Assembly: GCA_963726255.1 (NCBI GenBank)
Contig: CAVSBL010000002.1
Span: forward strand, 256,001-320,000
Direction: 5' to 3'
DNA: 64,000 nucleotides
DNA from: Candidatus Bathyarchaeota archaeon
GTDB taxonomy: Archaea; Thermoproteota; Bathyarchaeia; 40CM-2-53-6
In this document: positions 29,526 through 39,891 of the stretch, piece by piece
Position numbering within the stretch: the first letter of the stretch is position 1
Layout: the number at the start of each line of letters is the position of its first letter
The notes under the pieces: model-generated
The model's input: the letters and a program-made list of their open reading frames with translations, nothing else
Database searches by the model: none
Told to the model about the DNA's origin: nothing
Translations under genes and position numbers: made by a program

Positions 29526-29927
29526 GTGAAGCCAATGCATCTGGTAACGGGAAAGCCCTCGAAGCAGCGTAAGATGGTTTACGAGGCCCCCTCACATCGA
29601 CTAAGAAGATTCTTAACCGCTCATCTTTCAGATGAGCTTCGGAAGAGTCAGGAAAGGCGCTCTTATCCGGTCAGGAAGGGTGACACAGTGAAAATTCTGA
29701 GGGGTGACTTTGCTGGCATTGAAGGAAAAATAAACGACATCGACACGCGCAGGCAGCGATTATTCGTTGAGGGCGTGCAGAGAGAAAAGACTTCAGGAAC
29801 AACCGCGAACGTTTCTGTAAACAGTTCGAAAGTAATGATTACAAAGCTGAACCTCGACGATAAATGGCGAGCAGAGTCCGTCAAACTGTCTCGCTCTAAA
29901 CCGGCTACCGCAGAGGCAGGGGCCTGA
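29526..29927 (+). CDS. rpl24: 50S ribosomal protein L24 (uL24)
   Basis: KPSKQRK, PVRKGDTVKILRG. Confidence 0.96.
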   Translation: MKPMHLVTGKPSKQRKMVYEAPSHRLRRFLTAHLSDELRKSQERRSYPVRKGDTVKILRGDFAGIEGKINDIDTRRQRLFVEGVQREKTSGTTANVSVNSSKVMITKLNLDDKWRAESVKLSRSKPATAEAGA

Positions 29928-29929
29928 GC

Positions 29930-30664
29930 ATGGGGCATAAAGGCGGTCTAGGACACCTCAAACGGCTAGCTTCCCCAAGCTTCTGGCCAGTGCACCGCAA
30001 GGAATCAACATGGGTCCCGAAGCCAGACCCGGGCGCACACGGCACTTCGCATTGTTTGCCATTAGAGTTGGCGATCCGCGATGAATTGGCCCTAGGTAGG
30101 AACCGAAGGGAAGTTGGCAGCATTTTGGCCGGAGGAAAAGTGAGGGTGGACGGGAGACCTAGGCACGCTAGAAATTACCCTATTGGTTTGATGGATGTTG
30201 TTGAATTCACCGACGCGAATACTGCTTACAGGGTCGTTCCCGTAGAGGGTAAAGGGCTCTCCCTCGTGAAGATAACGAAAGAAGAAGCGAAGTTCAAACT
30301 CTGTAAAGTCCTTCGCAAGGGGGTAGCCCCAGGCGGCCGCGTGCATTACGGAACGCATGATGGCCGTACCATAACACCAACAGAGGGCGAAACTGCCGAT
30401 TACTCAACGAATGATACGCTGCGGATAAGCATACCAACCCAACGCGTTCTGAACCAAATGAAATTCGAGAAAGGCAACTTTGCAGTTGTCATAGCAGGCC
30501 GTAACTTAGGTAAAAGTGGAAAGATCCTGCAGCTTCAGCCCGGAACCGCAACGAGGCCAGCAATGGTGACCCTTGAGGACGCTACGGGCAACAAGTTTGA
30601 TACCATGGTGGACTACACATTCGTTGTAGGAACAGACAAACCCGCGATTAAACTGGAGGCCTAG
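29930..30664 (+). CDS. rps4e: 30S ribosomal protein S4e
   Basis: HLKRLASP, PIGLMDVV, HDGRT. Confidence 0.96.
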   Translation: MGHKGGLGHLKRLASPSFWPVHRKESTWVPKPDPGAHGTSHCLPLELAIRDELALGRNRREVGSILAGGKVRVDGRPRHARNYPIGLMDVVEFTDANTAYRVVPVEGKGLSLVKITKEEAKFKLCKVLRKGVAPGGRVHYGTHDGRTITPTEGETADYSTNDTLRISIPTQRVLNQMKFEKGNFAVVIAGRNLGKSGKILQLQPGTATRPAMVTLEDATGNKFDTMVDYTFVVGTDKPAIKLEA

Positions 30665-30667
30665 AAA

Positions 30668-31207
30668 GTGCAAACGGTTACCGAAACATTGCACGAGAAC
30701 CCCATGCGGGAGGTCAAACTAGCGAAGGTCGTAGTGCACATAGGCGTCGGCAAGTCCGGAGAAATGCTAGAGAAGGCAAAGAAAGTCCTTCAAGAAATCA
30801 CCGGCCAAAAACCCTGCACTAAACAGGCCAAAATGACCATCAAAGAATTCGGAACTCGCCAAGGCGAACCGATCGCCTGCATGACGACCCTCAGAGGGGA
30901 AAAGGCTGCAACTTTTCTGAAGCGAGGCCTCGATGCCGTAGGAAACACTTTGAAGAGGTCGAGTTTCGATGAAAACGGGAACTTCGCATTCGGAATCAAA
31001 GAGCACATCGAGATTCCTGGAACCAAATATGTTCCCGAGCTTGGCATCTTCGGGATGGATGTCATGGCCACACTCGAACGGCCCGGATTCAGAATTAAGA
31101 GAAAGAGAATAAGGCCAGCCGCTGTCGGAAAATCACATCGAGTCTCCAAAGATGACGCCATTAATTTCATGACAGTAAAGTTCGCTGTTCAAATCCGGGA
31201 GGCTTAG
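30668..31207 (+). CDS. rpl5: 50S ribosomal protein L5 (uL5)
   Basis: [23 protein letters not shown]. Confidence 0.97.
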   Translation: MQTVTETLHENPMREVKLAKVVVHIGVGKSGEMLEKAKKVLQEITGQKPCTKQAKMTIKEFGTRQGEPIACMTTLRGEKAATFLKRGLDAVGNTLKRSSFDENGNFAFGIKEHIEIPGTKYVPELGIFGMDVMATLERPGFRIKRKRIRPAAVGKSHRVSKDDAINFMTVKFAVQIREA

Positions 31208-31212
31208 GTTAC

Positions 31213-31377
31213 ATGGCCAAACTGAAACAGAAGAAGGTCAGAAAATACGGTAAGGGCAGCCGGCCCTGTAGAAGGTGCGGCCAGTACGGCCCTGTGATTC
31301 GCAAGTATGACCTCTACCTGTGCCGGCAATGCTTCCGTGAAGTCGCCCCGAGCCTAGGATTCAAGAAATACATGTAG
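31213..31377 (+). CDS. rps14: 30S ribosomal protein S14 (Zn-binding)
   Basis: Below the ORF-track cutoff: [54 protein letters not shown]. Confidence 0.96.
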   Translation: MAKLKQKKVRKYGKGSRPCRRCGQYGPVIRKYDLYLCRQCFREVAPSLGFKKYM

Positions 31378-31388
31378 GATTGGAAATC

Positions 31389-31940
31389 ATGGTTCTCGTC
31401 GAGCTCGCGCAAAGATCATTGGCCATCCCAGAAGGGGTACAACTTAGCGTAGACGGAAGAAGAATCAAAGCGGTCGGACCGAAAGGAACGCTCGAAGAAG
31501 ATTTCTCACACCTCCCCGTGCAATTTGCCTTGGAGGGTAAATCCCTACGCGTATACAGCCCATGGGCTCGAAAACGCGAGGTCGCGCTCGTCGGCACGGC
31601 CCTTGCGCACGTCCGTAACATGATTCGCGGCGTAAACTCAGGATACACCTACAAACTCAAGCTCGTCTACGCTCACTTCCCAATAACCGTCAAAGTCATC
31701 GAGAAGGAAAAGAAACTCACCATCGACAACTTCACAGGTGAGAAGACACCACGAAACGCAAAGATCATCGGGGCAGCTAAGGTCAAAATTGCGGGAGACG
31801 AAATTCACGTTCAAGGAAACAGCCTCAGCGACGTAAGCCAAACAGCCGCCAACATCCAATACGCAACAAGAATTCGAGACAAGGACCAACGTGTATTCCT
31901 AGACGGCATTTACATCTTCGAGAAGTCGGAGGGCATGTGA
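31389..31940 (+). CDS. rpl6: 50S ribosomal protein L6
   Basis: YAHFPI, DQRVFLDGIY. Confidence 0.97.
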   Translation: MVLVELAQRSLAIPEGVQLSVDGRRIKAVGPKGTLEEDFSHLPVQFALEGKSLRVYSPWARKREVALVGTALAHVRNMIRGVNSGYTYKLKLVYAHFPITVKVIEKEKKLTIDNFTGEKTPRNAKIIGAAKVKIAGDEIHVQGNSLSDVSQTAANIQYATRIRDKDQRVFLDGIYIFEKSEGM

Positions 31941-31941
31941 C

Positions 31942-32454
31942 TTGTCCTATCGCAGGCCGCGGTTTGTTCGGGAAGAAAGCTGGCGCTACAAGAGGATCAA
32001 AGCGGCTTGGCGCGCCCCACACGGCAAGACGAGCCGAGTCAGGCGCAGCAAGAAAGGTTGGCCAGCGGTCGTTAAGATAGGTTACTCCAGGCCGCGGGCC
32101 ACAAGGGGCCTTCACCCATCAGGTTTCAAAGCGGTCACAATCTGGCGGCCTATAGATCTGCAGGCCCTTGACCCTAAGCTTCACGTGGGAATGATTGCCC
32201 ATACAGTAGGCGAGAACAAACGCGTCCAAATCCTCGACGAAGCAAAGAAGGCGAACATCCGGATCCTTAATCCCGGCTTGAAGAGGCCAGCGGCGCCTTT
32301 GGTACCCACCCCTACTGAGCCAACTCCTGAAACGGGAGAAGAACAGAAAGAAACCACAGAGGAAAAAGGGAAAGAGGAACCTGAACCGGCAAAACAAGAA
32401 CCCAAGAAGAGAACCAAGCCGAAAACCGCGGCAAAAAGGAAGAGTAAGAAATGA
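31942..32454 (+). CDS. rpl32e: 50S ribosomal protein L32e with low-complexity C-terminal extension
   Basis: WRAPHG, IGYSRP..RGLHPSG, ILNP; P/E/K-rich tail. Confidence 0.93.
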   Translation: MSYRRPRFVREESWRYKRIKAAWRAPHGKTSRVRRSKKGWPAVVKIGYSRPRATRGLHPSGFKAVTIWRPIDLQALDPKLHVGMIAHTVGENKRVQILDEAKKANIRILNPGLKRPAAPLVPTPTEPTPETGEEQKETTEEKGKEEPEPAKQEPKKRTKPKTAAKRKSKK

Positions 32455-32894
32455 GCTGTGTTAGCCAGAAACGCCTAGCCGCCGACCTAATGAAAGTGGG
32501 AACCACACGAGTGTGGGTCGACCCTGAAGACACCGACCGAGTATCCTCCGCAATAACTCGCGAAGAGATCAGGAAACTAATCCACGAAGGAAGCATCAAG
32601 AAGCTCCCCAAGGTTGGCATAAGCAGAGGGAGGAAACGAGTTAGACACCAAGAACTGTTAGCAGGCCGACACAAAGGGCCAGGAAGCACCAAGGGAAGCG
32701 CACATAACACCAAGAGAATTTGGGTAGTTCGCATCCGGTCGATCCGGCGTAGGTTGCGAACTTTACGCGATAAGCGATTCATCACGACGGAAGTCTACAG
32801 GAAACTATCCCTAATGGCGAAAGGCGGATCCTTCAGAGGTGCCGCACACTTGGATGAATACATAGATACGCACAAACTCGCACGGAGACGCTGA
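32451..32894 (+). CDS. rpl19e: 50S ribosomal protein L19e
   Basis: QKRLAA, RVWVDP, GPGSTKG, AKGGSF. Confidence 0.96.
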   Translation: MSCVSQKRLAADLMKVGTTRVWVDPEDTDRVSSAITREEIRKLIHEGSIKKLPKVGISRGRKRVRHQELLAGRHKGPGSTKGSAHNTKRIWVVRIRSIRRRLRTLRDKRFITTEVYRKLSLMAKGGSFRGAAHLDEYIDTHKLARRR

Positions 32895-32895
32895 T

Positions 32896-33534
32896 ATGCA
32901 AACAGCTCAAACCCAAAGGACCGAAGTAGGCTGGGTCCCCAAAACCAAGGTTGGCAAAATGGTTCAGAGCGGACAGATAGTCTCTTTGGAAGAAATCTTC
33001 ACGCAAGGATTGAAGATAAAGGAACCAGAAATCGTCGATGTCCTTCTACCCGGCCTTAGGCAGGAGGTACTCGGAATAGGGTTCGTCCAAAAGCAAACCG
33101 ATGCAGGCGAGAAATCACGGTTCAAAGCAATAGTCGCCGTCGGAAACGGAACTGGGTTCCTCGGCGTCGGAGGCGGCAAGGCTAGACAGGTGAGAAGTGC
33201 GATCGACAAGGCCACCCTAGCTGCAAAGCTCGACGTTGTCCCAATTCGCAGGGGCTGCGGCAGTTGGGAATGCGGTTGCGGTCAACCCCACTCAGTCCCA
33301 TTCAAAATTCGAGGAAAGTGCGGTAGCGTTGGCATCGAAATCATCCCAGGCCCACGAGGACTGGGTCTAGTCGGCGGAGAAACACCAAAGACGGTTCTGA
33401 CATTGGCAGGAGTCAAAGACTGCTGGACCCGAAGCTTCGGCTCAACCAGCACGCTCGGATCCATGTCTTACGCTGTGTACGAAGCCCTGCGCAGCACATA
33501 CCGAATCGTAACTCCAAAAGACTGGGTCGCGTAA
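32896..33534 (+). CDS. rps5: 30S ribosomal protein S5 (uS5)
   Basis: WVPKTKVG, RRGCGSWEC, PGPRGLGLV. Confidence 0.97.
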   Translation: MQTAQTQRTEVGWVPKTKVGKMVQSGQIVSLEEIFTQGLKIKEPEIVDVLLPGLRQEVLGIGFVQKQTDAGEKSRFKAIVAVGNGTGFLGVGGGKARQVRSAIDKATLAAKLDVVPIRRGCGSWECGCGQPHSVPFKIRGKCGSVGIEIIPGPRGLGLVGGETPKTVLTLAGVKDCWTRSFGSTSTLGSMSYAVYEALRSTYRIVTPKDWVA

Positions 33535-33553
33535 ACCGAGGCCTTCAGGCTAT

Positions 33554-34759
33554 TCAGATAACGCCTAACGATTTACCCGTCTTCTCGAAAGTCCGCAGCG
33601 CGATATCCAAATCTGCCTTCGTATGTCCGGCGTTCATGATCGTCCTAATCCTAGCTTTGTCGCGTGAAACCATGGGGTAGACTATTGGAAGTGCAAAAAC
33701 TCTTTCCTTGAAGAGCATTTCACTCATCTTGCGCGCCGTAGAGCTCTCCCCAACTATCACGGGTGTAATCGGCGTCTCGCTGGTTCCAATATTAAAGCCC
33801 AAATTGCGCAAACCTTCTTTGAAGTAACGCGTGTTCTCCCATAACCTCTGCAGGTGCTCAGGTTCGTCTTGTACAACCTGTATGCTCGCCTTGCATGAGG
33901 CGACAATGCTGGCAGGGTGCGACGCACTGAGTAGCCACGTTCTAGACTTATTCAACGCGTAATTCACCAGATCCCGTGAGCCGGCAATGTAGCCGCCGAC
34001 AACTCCAAATGCTTTCGAGAACGTGCCCATCTCAACATCAACCCTGCCTTCAACATGGAAATGTGAAGTGATACCGCGCCCAGATTCCCCGAGCACGCCA
34101 TCACCATGCGCATCGTCAATGTATGTCATCGCTCCATGTTCTTCGGCGAGTTCAACTATCCCATCGGCTGGCGCAATATCCCCATCCATGCTGAAAACAC
34201 CGTCTGTCACAATCAAGATGTGTTTGTAGTTCTTCTTTTCCGCTTCATCCAGAACCTTCTTCAAGTCCGCCATATCACGATGCTTGTACACGGTGCGCTC
34301 TGCTCTACTCAATCGCACGCCATCGATAATGCTCCCATGATTGAGCTCGTCGCTAATGATGAGGTCACCTTCCGCCGCAAGTTGCGGAATTAGGCCAGAA
34401 TTAGCCGCAAACCCCGTCGCATACGCGAGCGAAGCTTCAGTGCGCTTGTAGTGAGCGAGTGTTTCTTCGAGCTCCACGTGCGCATCCATCGTCCCTGCAA
34501 TAGCACGGACCGAACCCGATCCAGCGCCATACTTCTCGACGGCCTCTAGAGCAGCCTTCTTCACTTTGGGATGGTTGGTTAGATTCAGGTAGTTGTTGGA
34601 GCATAACATCAGACATTTCTTACCGGAAACTACAGCCCATGGCCCACTGCTACTCGCAAGGACGCGCACGCGCCAATCCAAATCTTCCTTGACAAGGCGA
34701 TCGTATTCTTCACGGAGAAATGAACGCGGGTCTCTCTTTGACTGAGCCGCTTGAACCAA
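33554..34759 (-). CDS. kbl: Glycine C-acetyltransferase (2-amino-3-ketobutyrate CoA ligase)
   Basis: SNNYL, SDELNHGSIIDG, DGVFSMDGD, GTFSKAFG; divergent from tdh; TTG start with GGAGAG SD inferred. Confidence 0.9.
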   Translation of the reverse strand: MVQAAQSKRDPRSFLREEYDRLVKEDLDWRVRVLASSSGPWAVVSGKKCLMLCSNNYLNLTNHPKVKKAALEAVEKYGAGSGSVRAIAGTMDAHVELEETLAHYKRTEASLAYATGFAANSGLIPQLAAEGDLIISDELNHGSIIDGVRLSRAERTVYKHRDMADLKKVLDEAEKKNYKHILIVTDGVFSMDGDIAPADGIVELAEEHGAMTYIDDAHGDGVLGESGRGITSHFHVEGRVDVEMGTFSKAFGVVGGYIAGSRDLVNYALNKSRTWLLSASHPASIVASCKASIQVVQDEPEHLQRLWENTRYFKEGLRNLGFNIGTSETPITPVIVGESSTARKMSEMLFKERVFALPIVYPMVSRDKARIRTIMNAGHTKADLDIALRTFEKTGKSLGVI

Positions 34760-34867
34760 AGAATTCTCTCCAGCGGCCCAGTCAACCGCCGTCACAATAA
34801 TAGGTTTGCCCGCCAGAGTCCAGCAAAACATAAAGGTTCAGTGCTTGTTAGACGGCGTGATCTAATT

Positions 34868-35896
34868 GTGAAAGCATTCGCGAAACTCCGCCCGGAGCCG
34901 GGAATTGAACAGGTCGAAGTTGAGCGGCCTAGAATCGGCCAGCATGAAGTTCTCGTGAAGGTGAAAGTCACTTCGGTATGCGGAACTGACCACCACATCT
35001 ACGCATGGGATGAGTGGGCGCAGGCACGAATCAAGCCCCCGCGCATCATTGGGCATGAGTTTGCGGGCGAAGTCGTCGAAATTGCACCCGACGTAACCGC
35101 GTGCAATGTGGGCGAAATGGTGGTTGCAGAGAGCCACATAGCCTGCGGTAAGTGTTACCAGTGCCGAACAGGAAATTCTCACATCTGTGAACGGATCGCG
35201 ATTCTGGGTGTTGATGTAGATGGGTGCTTCGCGGAGTACGTCAAAATACCGGAGAACAACGCATGGCCAGTTCCTAGCGAAGTCCCCCTCGACACCGCTT
35301 CGATTCTGGAACCCCTCGGCAACGCGGTACACGCCGCCTTCGCAGCGGATATTGCCGGCAATGACGTAACGATTTTCGGTTGTGGACCAGTAGGCCTCTC
35401 AGCCGTTGCTCTCACAAGCATCTCAGGGGCCCTATCCATCACGGCGGTCGACATCAATGACTACAGGTTGAAACTAGCTGCAGCGATGGGAGCCTCGAAA
35501 GTAATCAACTCTAAGAACAATGACCCGGTCGCGGAGGTTCACAAAGACACTGGCGGGCGAGGCGCGGGCGTAGTCTTAGAGATGTCGGGAAATGAACACG
35601 CAATCAAAGACGCCTTTCGCACAGTTCGGAACGGGGGGACGGTCATACTTTTCGGAATTCCATCAAAGGAAGTTCAACTCAACATAGCGGACGACTTCAT
35701 CTTCAAAGAAGCCCACGTCCGCGGCATAGTGGGCCGCGAGATGTTCACCACGTGGTACAAACTCGAAGCCATCCTGAAATCTGGGAAGCTCAACTTGAAA
35801 CCGTTGATAACTCACCGAATGGCACTTAACCAGCTCGAAGATGCGATGAAACTGGTTGGCTCCGGAAATTGTGGCAAGATTGTCCTCAGGCCCTGA
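34868..35896 (+). CDS. tdh: L-threonine 3-dehydrogenase
   Basis: CGTDHHIYAWDEWA, GHEFAG, EPLGNAVH, GREMFTTW. Confidence 0.93.
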   Translation: MKAFAKLRPEPGIEQVEVERPRIGQHEVLVKVKVTSVCGTDHHIYAWDEWAQARIKPPRIIGHEFAGEVVEIAPDVTACNVGEMVVAESHIACGKCYQCRTGNSHICERIAILGVDVDGCFAEYVKIPENNAWPVPSEVPLDTASILEPLGNAVHAAFAADIAGNDVTIFGCGPVGLSAVALTSISGALSITAVDINDYRLKLAAAMGASKVINSKNNDPVAEVHKDTGGRGAGVVLEMSGNEHAIKDAFRTVRNGGTVILFGIPSKEVQLNIADDFIFKEAHVRGIVGREMFTTWYKLEAILKSGKLNLKPLITHRMALNQLEDAMKLVGSGNCGKIVLRP

Positions 35897-35981
35897 GGTC
35901 TAGTTCCGGAAACGTTTATCTTGGGCACTCCCGAACCTGACAGCTTCGCGTGGTCGTCTCCAACAGAAAACTAGTGAAGGC

Positions 35982-36470
35982 ATGTCCAAGTTGGCAACCA
36001 GACTAAGAAAAGGGCGGCACCTAAGGGCCTCCAGAACACACGGATGGGGCACCTCAGGCCAGCACAGGGGAACCGGCATGCAAGGAGGAGCCGGAAACGC
36101 CGGCCGATACCGGCACAAGAGATCACGCCTCATAAGAACCGGCGAATATTCACACATGCATTACGCCGGCAAGAAAGGCTTCACCTCCATCGCGAACATG
36201 AGGCCTGCTGGAAAAACGGTCAACCTTTGGCAACTATCAGAATTGGCTGACAAGTTATCGGCTGAGCAGAAAGCTGAGAAGGCAGGCGAGAAGGTTGTTG
36301 TGGATTTGGGGCAACTCGGCTTCAGTAAGCTCCTCGGCACGGGTTCAATTTCGCGTGCCGTCCAGGTAAAAGTGGACGAGTGTTCTGAGGGGGCCCGTAA
36401 GAAGATAGAGAAGGCCGGTGGAGAAGCGGTCCTCAAAGCTCAACCTACTCCAACTGCCCCCACTAAGTGA
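35982..36470 (+). CDS. rpl15: 50S ribosomal protein L15 (uL15)
   Basis: RTHGWG...GGAGNAG, KLLGTG, KIEKAGG. Confidence 0.96.
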   Translation: MSKLATRLRKGRHLRASRTHGWGTSGQHRGTGMQGGAGNAGRYRHKRSRLIRTGEYSHMHYAGKKGFTSIANMRPAGKTVNLWQLSELADKLSAEQKAEKAGEKVVVDLGQLGFSKLLGTGSISRAVQVKVDECSEGARKKIEKAGGEAVLKAQPTPTAPTK

Positions 36471-36476
36471 CGTTGA

Positions 36477-37895
36477 ATGGTCCGTTTCATCGAACTTTTC
36501 AAGCCTATAGCGAGATTCTTCCCAGACATCAAGCCGGCCGATCGGAAAGTCGCCTTCAACGAGAAGATATTCTGGACCGCCATTGCGCTCATAATCTACT
36601 TCGTAATGTCCCAAACGCCGCTTTACGGAATAGGTACGGCAGGGCTCAACGACCCGTTAGGCTCTCTCCGGGTCATATTTGCATCAAACCGGGGCACCCT
36701 AATGGAGTTGGGTATCGGTCCCATCGTGACCGCCGGTTTGATTCTGCAGGTCCTGGCCGGGTCGAAAATGGTGAACATAGACATGTCCAATCCAGAAGAC
36801 CGGTCGCTGTTCACGAGTGCCAGCAAGATTCTCTCCGTAGTCATGACCATCTTCGAGGCATCAGCCTACATAATCGGCGGCACATACGGAGCGCTCCAAG
36901 TAACAACGGAAATCGTAATAATGTTGCAACTAGTCGCCGCAGGGATTATTGTGCTACTCCTAGACGAGATGCTTCAGAAAGGCTGGGGGTTGGGAAGCGG
37001 AATCAGCCTGTTCATCGCTGCTGGTGTTGCTTCTTCGATATGGTGGGACTCGGTGGCGCCGATGGGGCCTATGGCTGACGGGAAATACTTGGGTGCCGTC
37101 CTAGCGTTCGCCGAAAGCGTTCTTAGCAGGCAGGGCATTATGAGCGTCCTCTCCCGTACGGGGGGCCTGCCAGACATGGTGGCGTTTATGACGACGCTCG
37201 GCGTCTTCGCGATAATAATCTACTTCAACGGCATGCGCGTGGAGATTCCAGTATCATATGCTAGGTACAGAGGTTTCCGCGGAAAATTCCCATTGAAGCT
37301 CTTCTACGTGTCGAACATACCCGTGATCTTTGCAGCCGCTCTATTTGGCAACATCTACTTCATCGCACAATTACTCTGGCAGAGGTACAACAGTACAAAC
37401 ACCAATTTCTGGTTCAACCTGATAGGCACCTTTACGACGCAGGGCACTCAGTACCAACCTTCAGGCGGGCTGGTTTACTATGTGGTGCCGCCACGGAGCC
37501 TACAATTGGCGATGGCCGACCCGCTGCGAGCGCTCATGTATGCAGTCCTCCTGATCCTCGGCTGTGTCTTCTTTGCCGTAACTTGGGTTGAGGTTGGGGG
37601 GATGGATTCTAAGACTGTTGCTAGGCAGCTTTTGGATTCCGGGATGCAAATTGAAGGGTTTAGGCGGTCTGAACTCCCGATAAGGCAGATGCTTGACCGC
37701 TACATCCCGACGGTCACAATTCTCGGGGCGATAATGATTGGAGCCATAGCCGCGGGCGCAGACTTCTTGGGCGCTTTCGGCTCGGGCACGGGGATCCTGC
37801 TAACGGTCGGCATCATCGAGCAGTATTACCAAATCCTCGTACAGGAACGGATCACTGAACTCTACCCCGCGGCCAGAGGCTTCCTGGGTGAGTAG
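36477..37895 (+). CDS. secY: Preprotein translocase SecY
   Basis: MELGIGPIVTAG, YVSNIPVI, GSGTGILL. Confidence 0.98.
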   Translation: MVRFIELFKPIARFFPDIKPADRKVAFNEKIFWTAIALIIYFVMSQTPLYGIGTAGLNDPLGSLRVIFASNRGTLMELGIGPIVTAGLILQVLAGSKMVNIDMSNPEDRSLFTSASKILSVVMTIFEASAYIIGGTYGALQVTTEIVIMLQLVAAGIIVLLLDEMLQKGWGLGSGISLFIAAGVASSIWWDSVAPMGPMADGKYLGAVLAFAESVLSRQGIMSVLSRTGGLPDMVAFMTTLGVFAIIIYFNGMRVEIPVSYARYRGFRGKFPLKLFYVSNIPVIFAAALFGNIYFIAQLLWQRYNSTNTNFWFNLIGTFTTQGTQYQPSGGLVYYVVPPRSLQLAMADPLRALMYAVLLILGCVFFAVTWVEVGGMDSKTVARQLLDSGMQIEGFRRSELPIRQMLDRYIPTVTILGAIMIGAIAAGADFLGAFGSGTGILLTVGIIEQYYQILVQERITELYPAARGFLGE

Positions 37896-37898
37896 GAA

Positions 37899-38495
37899 CT
37901 GTCCCGAACGGTCGTAGTGACCGGCATACCCGGGGTAGGGAAAACTACCGTACTCAACGAATTGCAAGACCTCGCTAAGCAAAACAAGTTCAACCTCACC
38001 GTCCTCAACTACGGGACAATCATGAACGAAATCATGCGAGAACTTGGCAAAGACCTTCACCGCGACAAGATGAGGGAGCAGAACATCGGAGAACAGAAGA
38101 AGGTTCAGGAACTTGCCGCGAGCGAAATTGCCAATCGAGCGGGACAAGGCACCATCGTCGTAGATACCCACATGTTCGTTCGAACCGTTTCCGGAATGTG
38201 GGCTGGGCTCCCACAACATGTTCTGGAGAAACTCAACCCACGGCTGCTCGTCCTTGTGGAAGCAAACCCAGAACAAATAGCCGCCAGACGCACGGGCGAT
38301 TCGAGTAGAATGCGGGAGAAGGGGGTGGCTGAAGAAATCGCATTCGACCTGGAGTGGTCCCGCGCGACTGCTGCCGCTTCGGCGGTCGTGACGGGTTCAC
38401 CTGTTAAGGTTATAAGAAATGAAGAGGGTAGGCAGAAGCAAGCGGCGCAGGAGCTGTTTCAGACGATTCGAAGCGTAATGGAGGCACAAGTTTGA
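37899..38495 (+). CDS. adkA: Archaeal adenylate kinase (CTG start inferred)
   Basis: VVVTGIPGVGKTT, HRDKMR, VDTH; in-frame CTG at 37899 follows SD GGGTGAG. Confidence 0.93.
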   Translation: MSRTVVVTGIPGVGKTTVLNELQDLAKQNKFNLTVLNYGTIMNEIMRELGKDLHRDKMREQNIGEQKKVQELAASEIANRAGQGTIVVDTHMFVRTVSGMWAGLPQHVLEKLNPRLLVLVEANPEQIAARRTGDSSRMREKGVAEEIAFDLEWSRATAAASAVVTGSPVKVIRNEEGRQKQAAQELFQTIRSVMEAQV

Positions 38496-38995
38496 GTTTC
38501 ATAGATGATGTATTCGCATGGGTTGCAACCGCTATCAAACCCTATAGCAACATCCCTCAGTCCACTCTACTCACAATTGGAATTGCCTTGGCGCTTGGTC
38601 TCATGTCGTCGACTGCGGCGAAGCTTCTCGTCGACTACAATATGGTCAGGAATACGATGAAGGAGGTTTCGGCCTGGAGGAAAGAGATGGATCAGGCGAA
38701 GAAAGCTAAAGATGAGCAGACGCTTTCAAAACTCATGAAGAAAAGCCAAGCAATGATGAAGGCCCAATCGAGGGCAAGCATGGAACAAATGAAGGTCACC
38801 GCAGTAACCTTTGTCCCATTCCTCCTCATATGGTACTTGATCAACAACGCCCTCGGAGGGCACGTGGTAGCGATCGCACCGTATCCCCTCCCAATCGTCG
38901 GCACACAGCTGACCTTCTTCTACTGGTACTTCCTAAGTTCCTTCGCCGTGAACTTCCCAATCATGAGGCTGTTCGGCATAGGAATGAGTGAGTGA
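38492..38995 (+). CDS. DUF106 / EMC3-TMCO1 (Oxa1 superfamily) membrane protein
   Basis: TM helix plus coiled coil, FYWYFLSS; conserved position after adk. Confidence 0.88.
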   Translation: MSFIDDVFAWVATAIKPYSNIPQSTLLTIGIALALGLMSSTAAKLLVDYNMVRNTMKEVSAWRKEMDQAKKAKDEQTLSKLMKKSQAMMKAQSRASMEQMKVTAVTFVPFLLIWYLINNALGGHVVAIAPYPLPIVGTQLTFFYWYFLSSFAVNFPIMRLFGIGMSE

Positions 38996-39002
38996 AAGCC
39001 AA

Positions 39003-39263
39003 ATGCCTAGAAGAGCTCTCCGAAACCGAAACGTGAAGCGGAAGACCCTGCAGGTTCCAGGCGGCAGGTCCACCATCCACTACCGAAGGAAGAAGTACTC
39101 TGGCGGTAGATGCGCGTCATGCGGCCTTCCCCTTGGCGGAGTTCCACCCAGCTCCATAAGAGGCCTAACCAAATCCTCTCGGCGGCCGTCAAGGCCGTTC
39201 GCCGGCGTTCTATGCCACGCGTGCCTACGCGAAAAGGTTCGCCAAGGAACCAGAGTCGGGTAG
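39003..39263 (+). CDS. rpl34e: 50S ribosomal protein L34e
   Basis: PGGR..IHY, CASC, RPSRPFAGVLCHAC. Confidence 0.94.
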   Translation: MPRRALRNRNVKRKTLQVPGGRSTIHYRRKKYSGGRCASCGLPLGGVPPSSIRGLTKSSRRPSRPFAGVLCHACLREKVRQGTRVG

Positions 39264-39266
39264 GGC

Positions 39267-39815
39267 TTGCCGGGGCCAGTAATCACCGTGAGCGGCCCCC
39301 ATGGAACAGGCAAATCGACTTATGCAAGAGCCCTCGCGGACGCGTTGAGGTTACGGTATGTTTGCGCAGGGGAATTATTCAGGGACTTGGCGAAGGAAAG
39401 ACAACTATCCCTAGAAGCCTTCAGTAGCCTTGCGGCCAGAGACCCTACGATAGACAAGATGATTGACGACCGCACCAAAGCCGAAGCTAGGAAAGGCGGC
39501 CTTGTGATCGATGCGCAACTGGGCGCTTGGATGATTAATGGCATCGCAGACGTAAAATTACTCATGGTCGCACCCGATGAAGTCCGGTTCAAGAGAATAG
39601 CTGACAGGGACGGCATATCGCTCGAGTCCGCTAAGAAGGAAACAATAGCCCGCGAACAAATACAGAAAGAGCGTTACAAGAAATATTATGGAATCAACGT
39701 GGACGACCTAAGCATCTATGACCTTAAGATAGACACCAGCCTCCACTCAGTCGAACAGACTAAATCCCTCGTTATCGCTGAAGTCCGAAAACTCGTCGCC
39801 AAGAAACGGACTTGA
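39267..39815 (+). CDS. cmk: Cytidylate kinase
   Basis: ISGPHGTGKST-type P-loop (TVSGPHGTGKST), AGELFR, RYKKYYGI...IYDL. Confidence 0.93.
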   Translation: MPGPVITVSGPHGTGKSTYARALADALRLRYVCAGELFRDLAKERQLSLEAFSSLAARDPTIDKMIDDRTKAEARKGGLVIDAQLGAWMINGIADVKLLMVAPDEVRFKRIADRDGISLESAKKETIAREQIQKERYKKYYGINVDDLSIYDLKIDTSLHSVEQTKSLVIAEVRKLVAKKRT

Positions 39816-39891
39816 ACAACCTCCCGCTGATGGGCTACGCTTATTTATTGCCCTCGAATCTACAGCGGCGAACAAACACCGGTGAAACATT

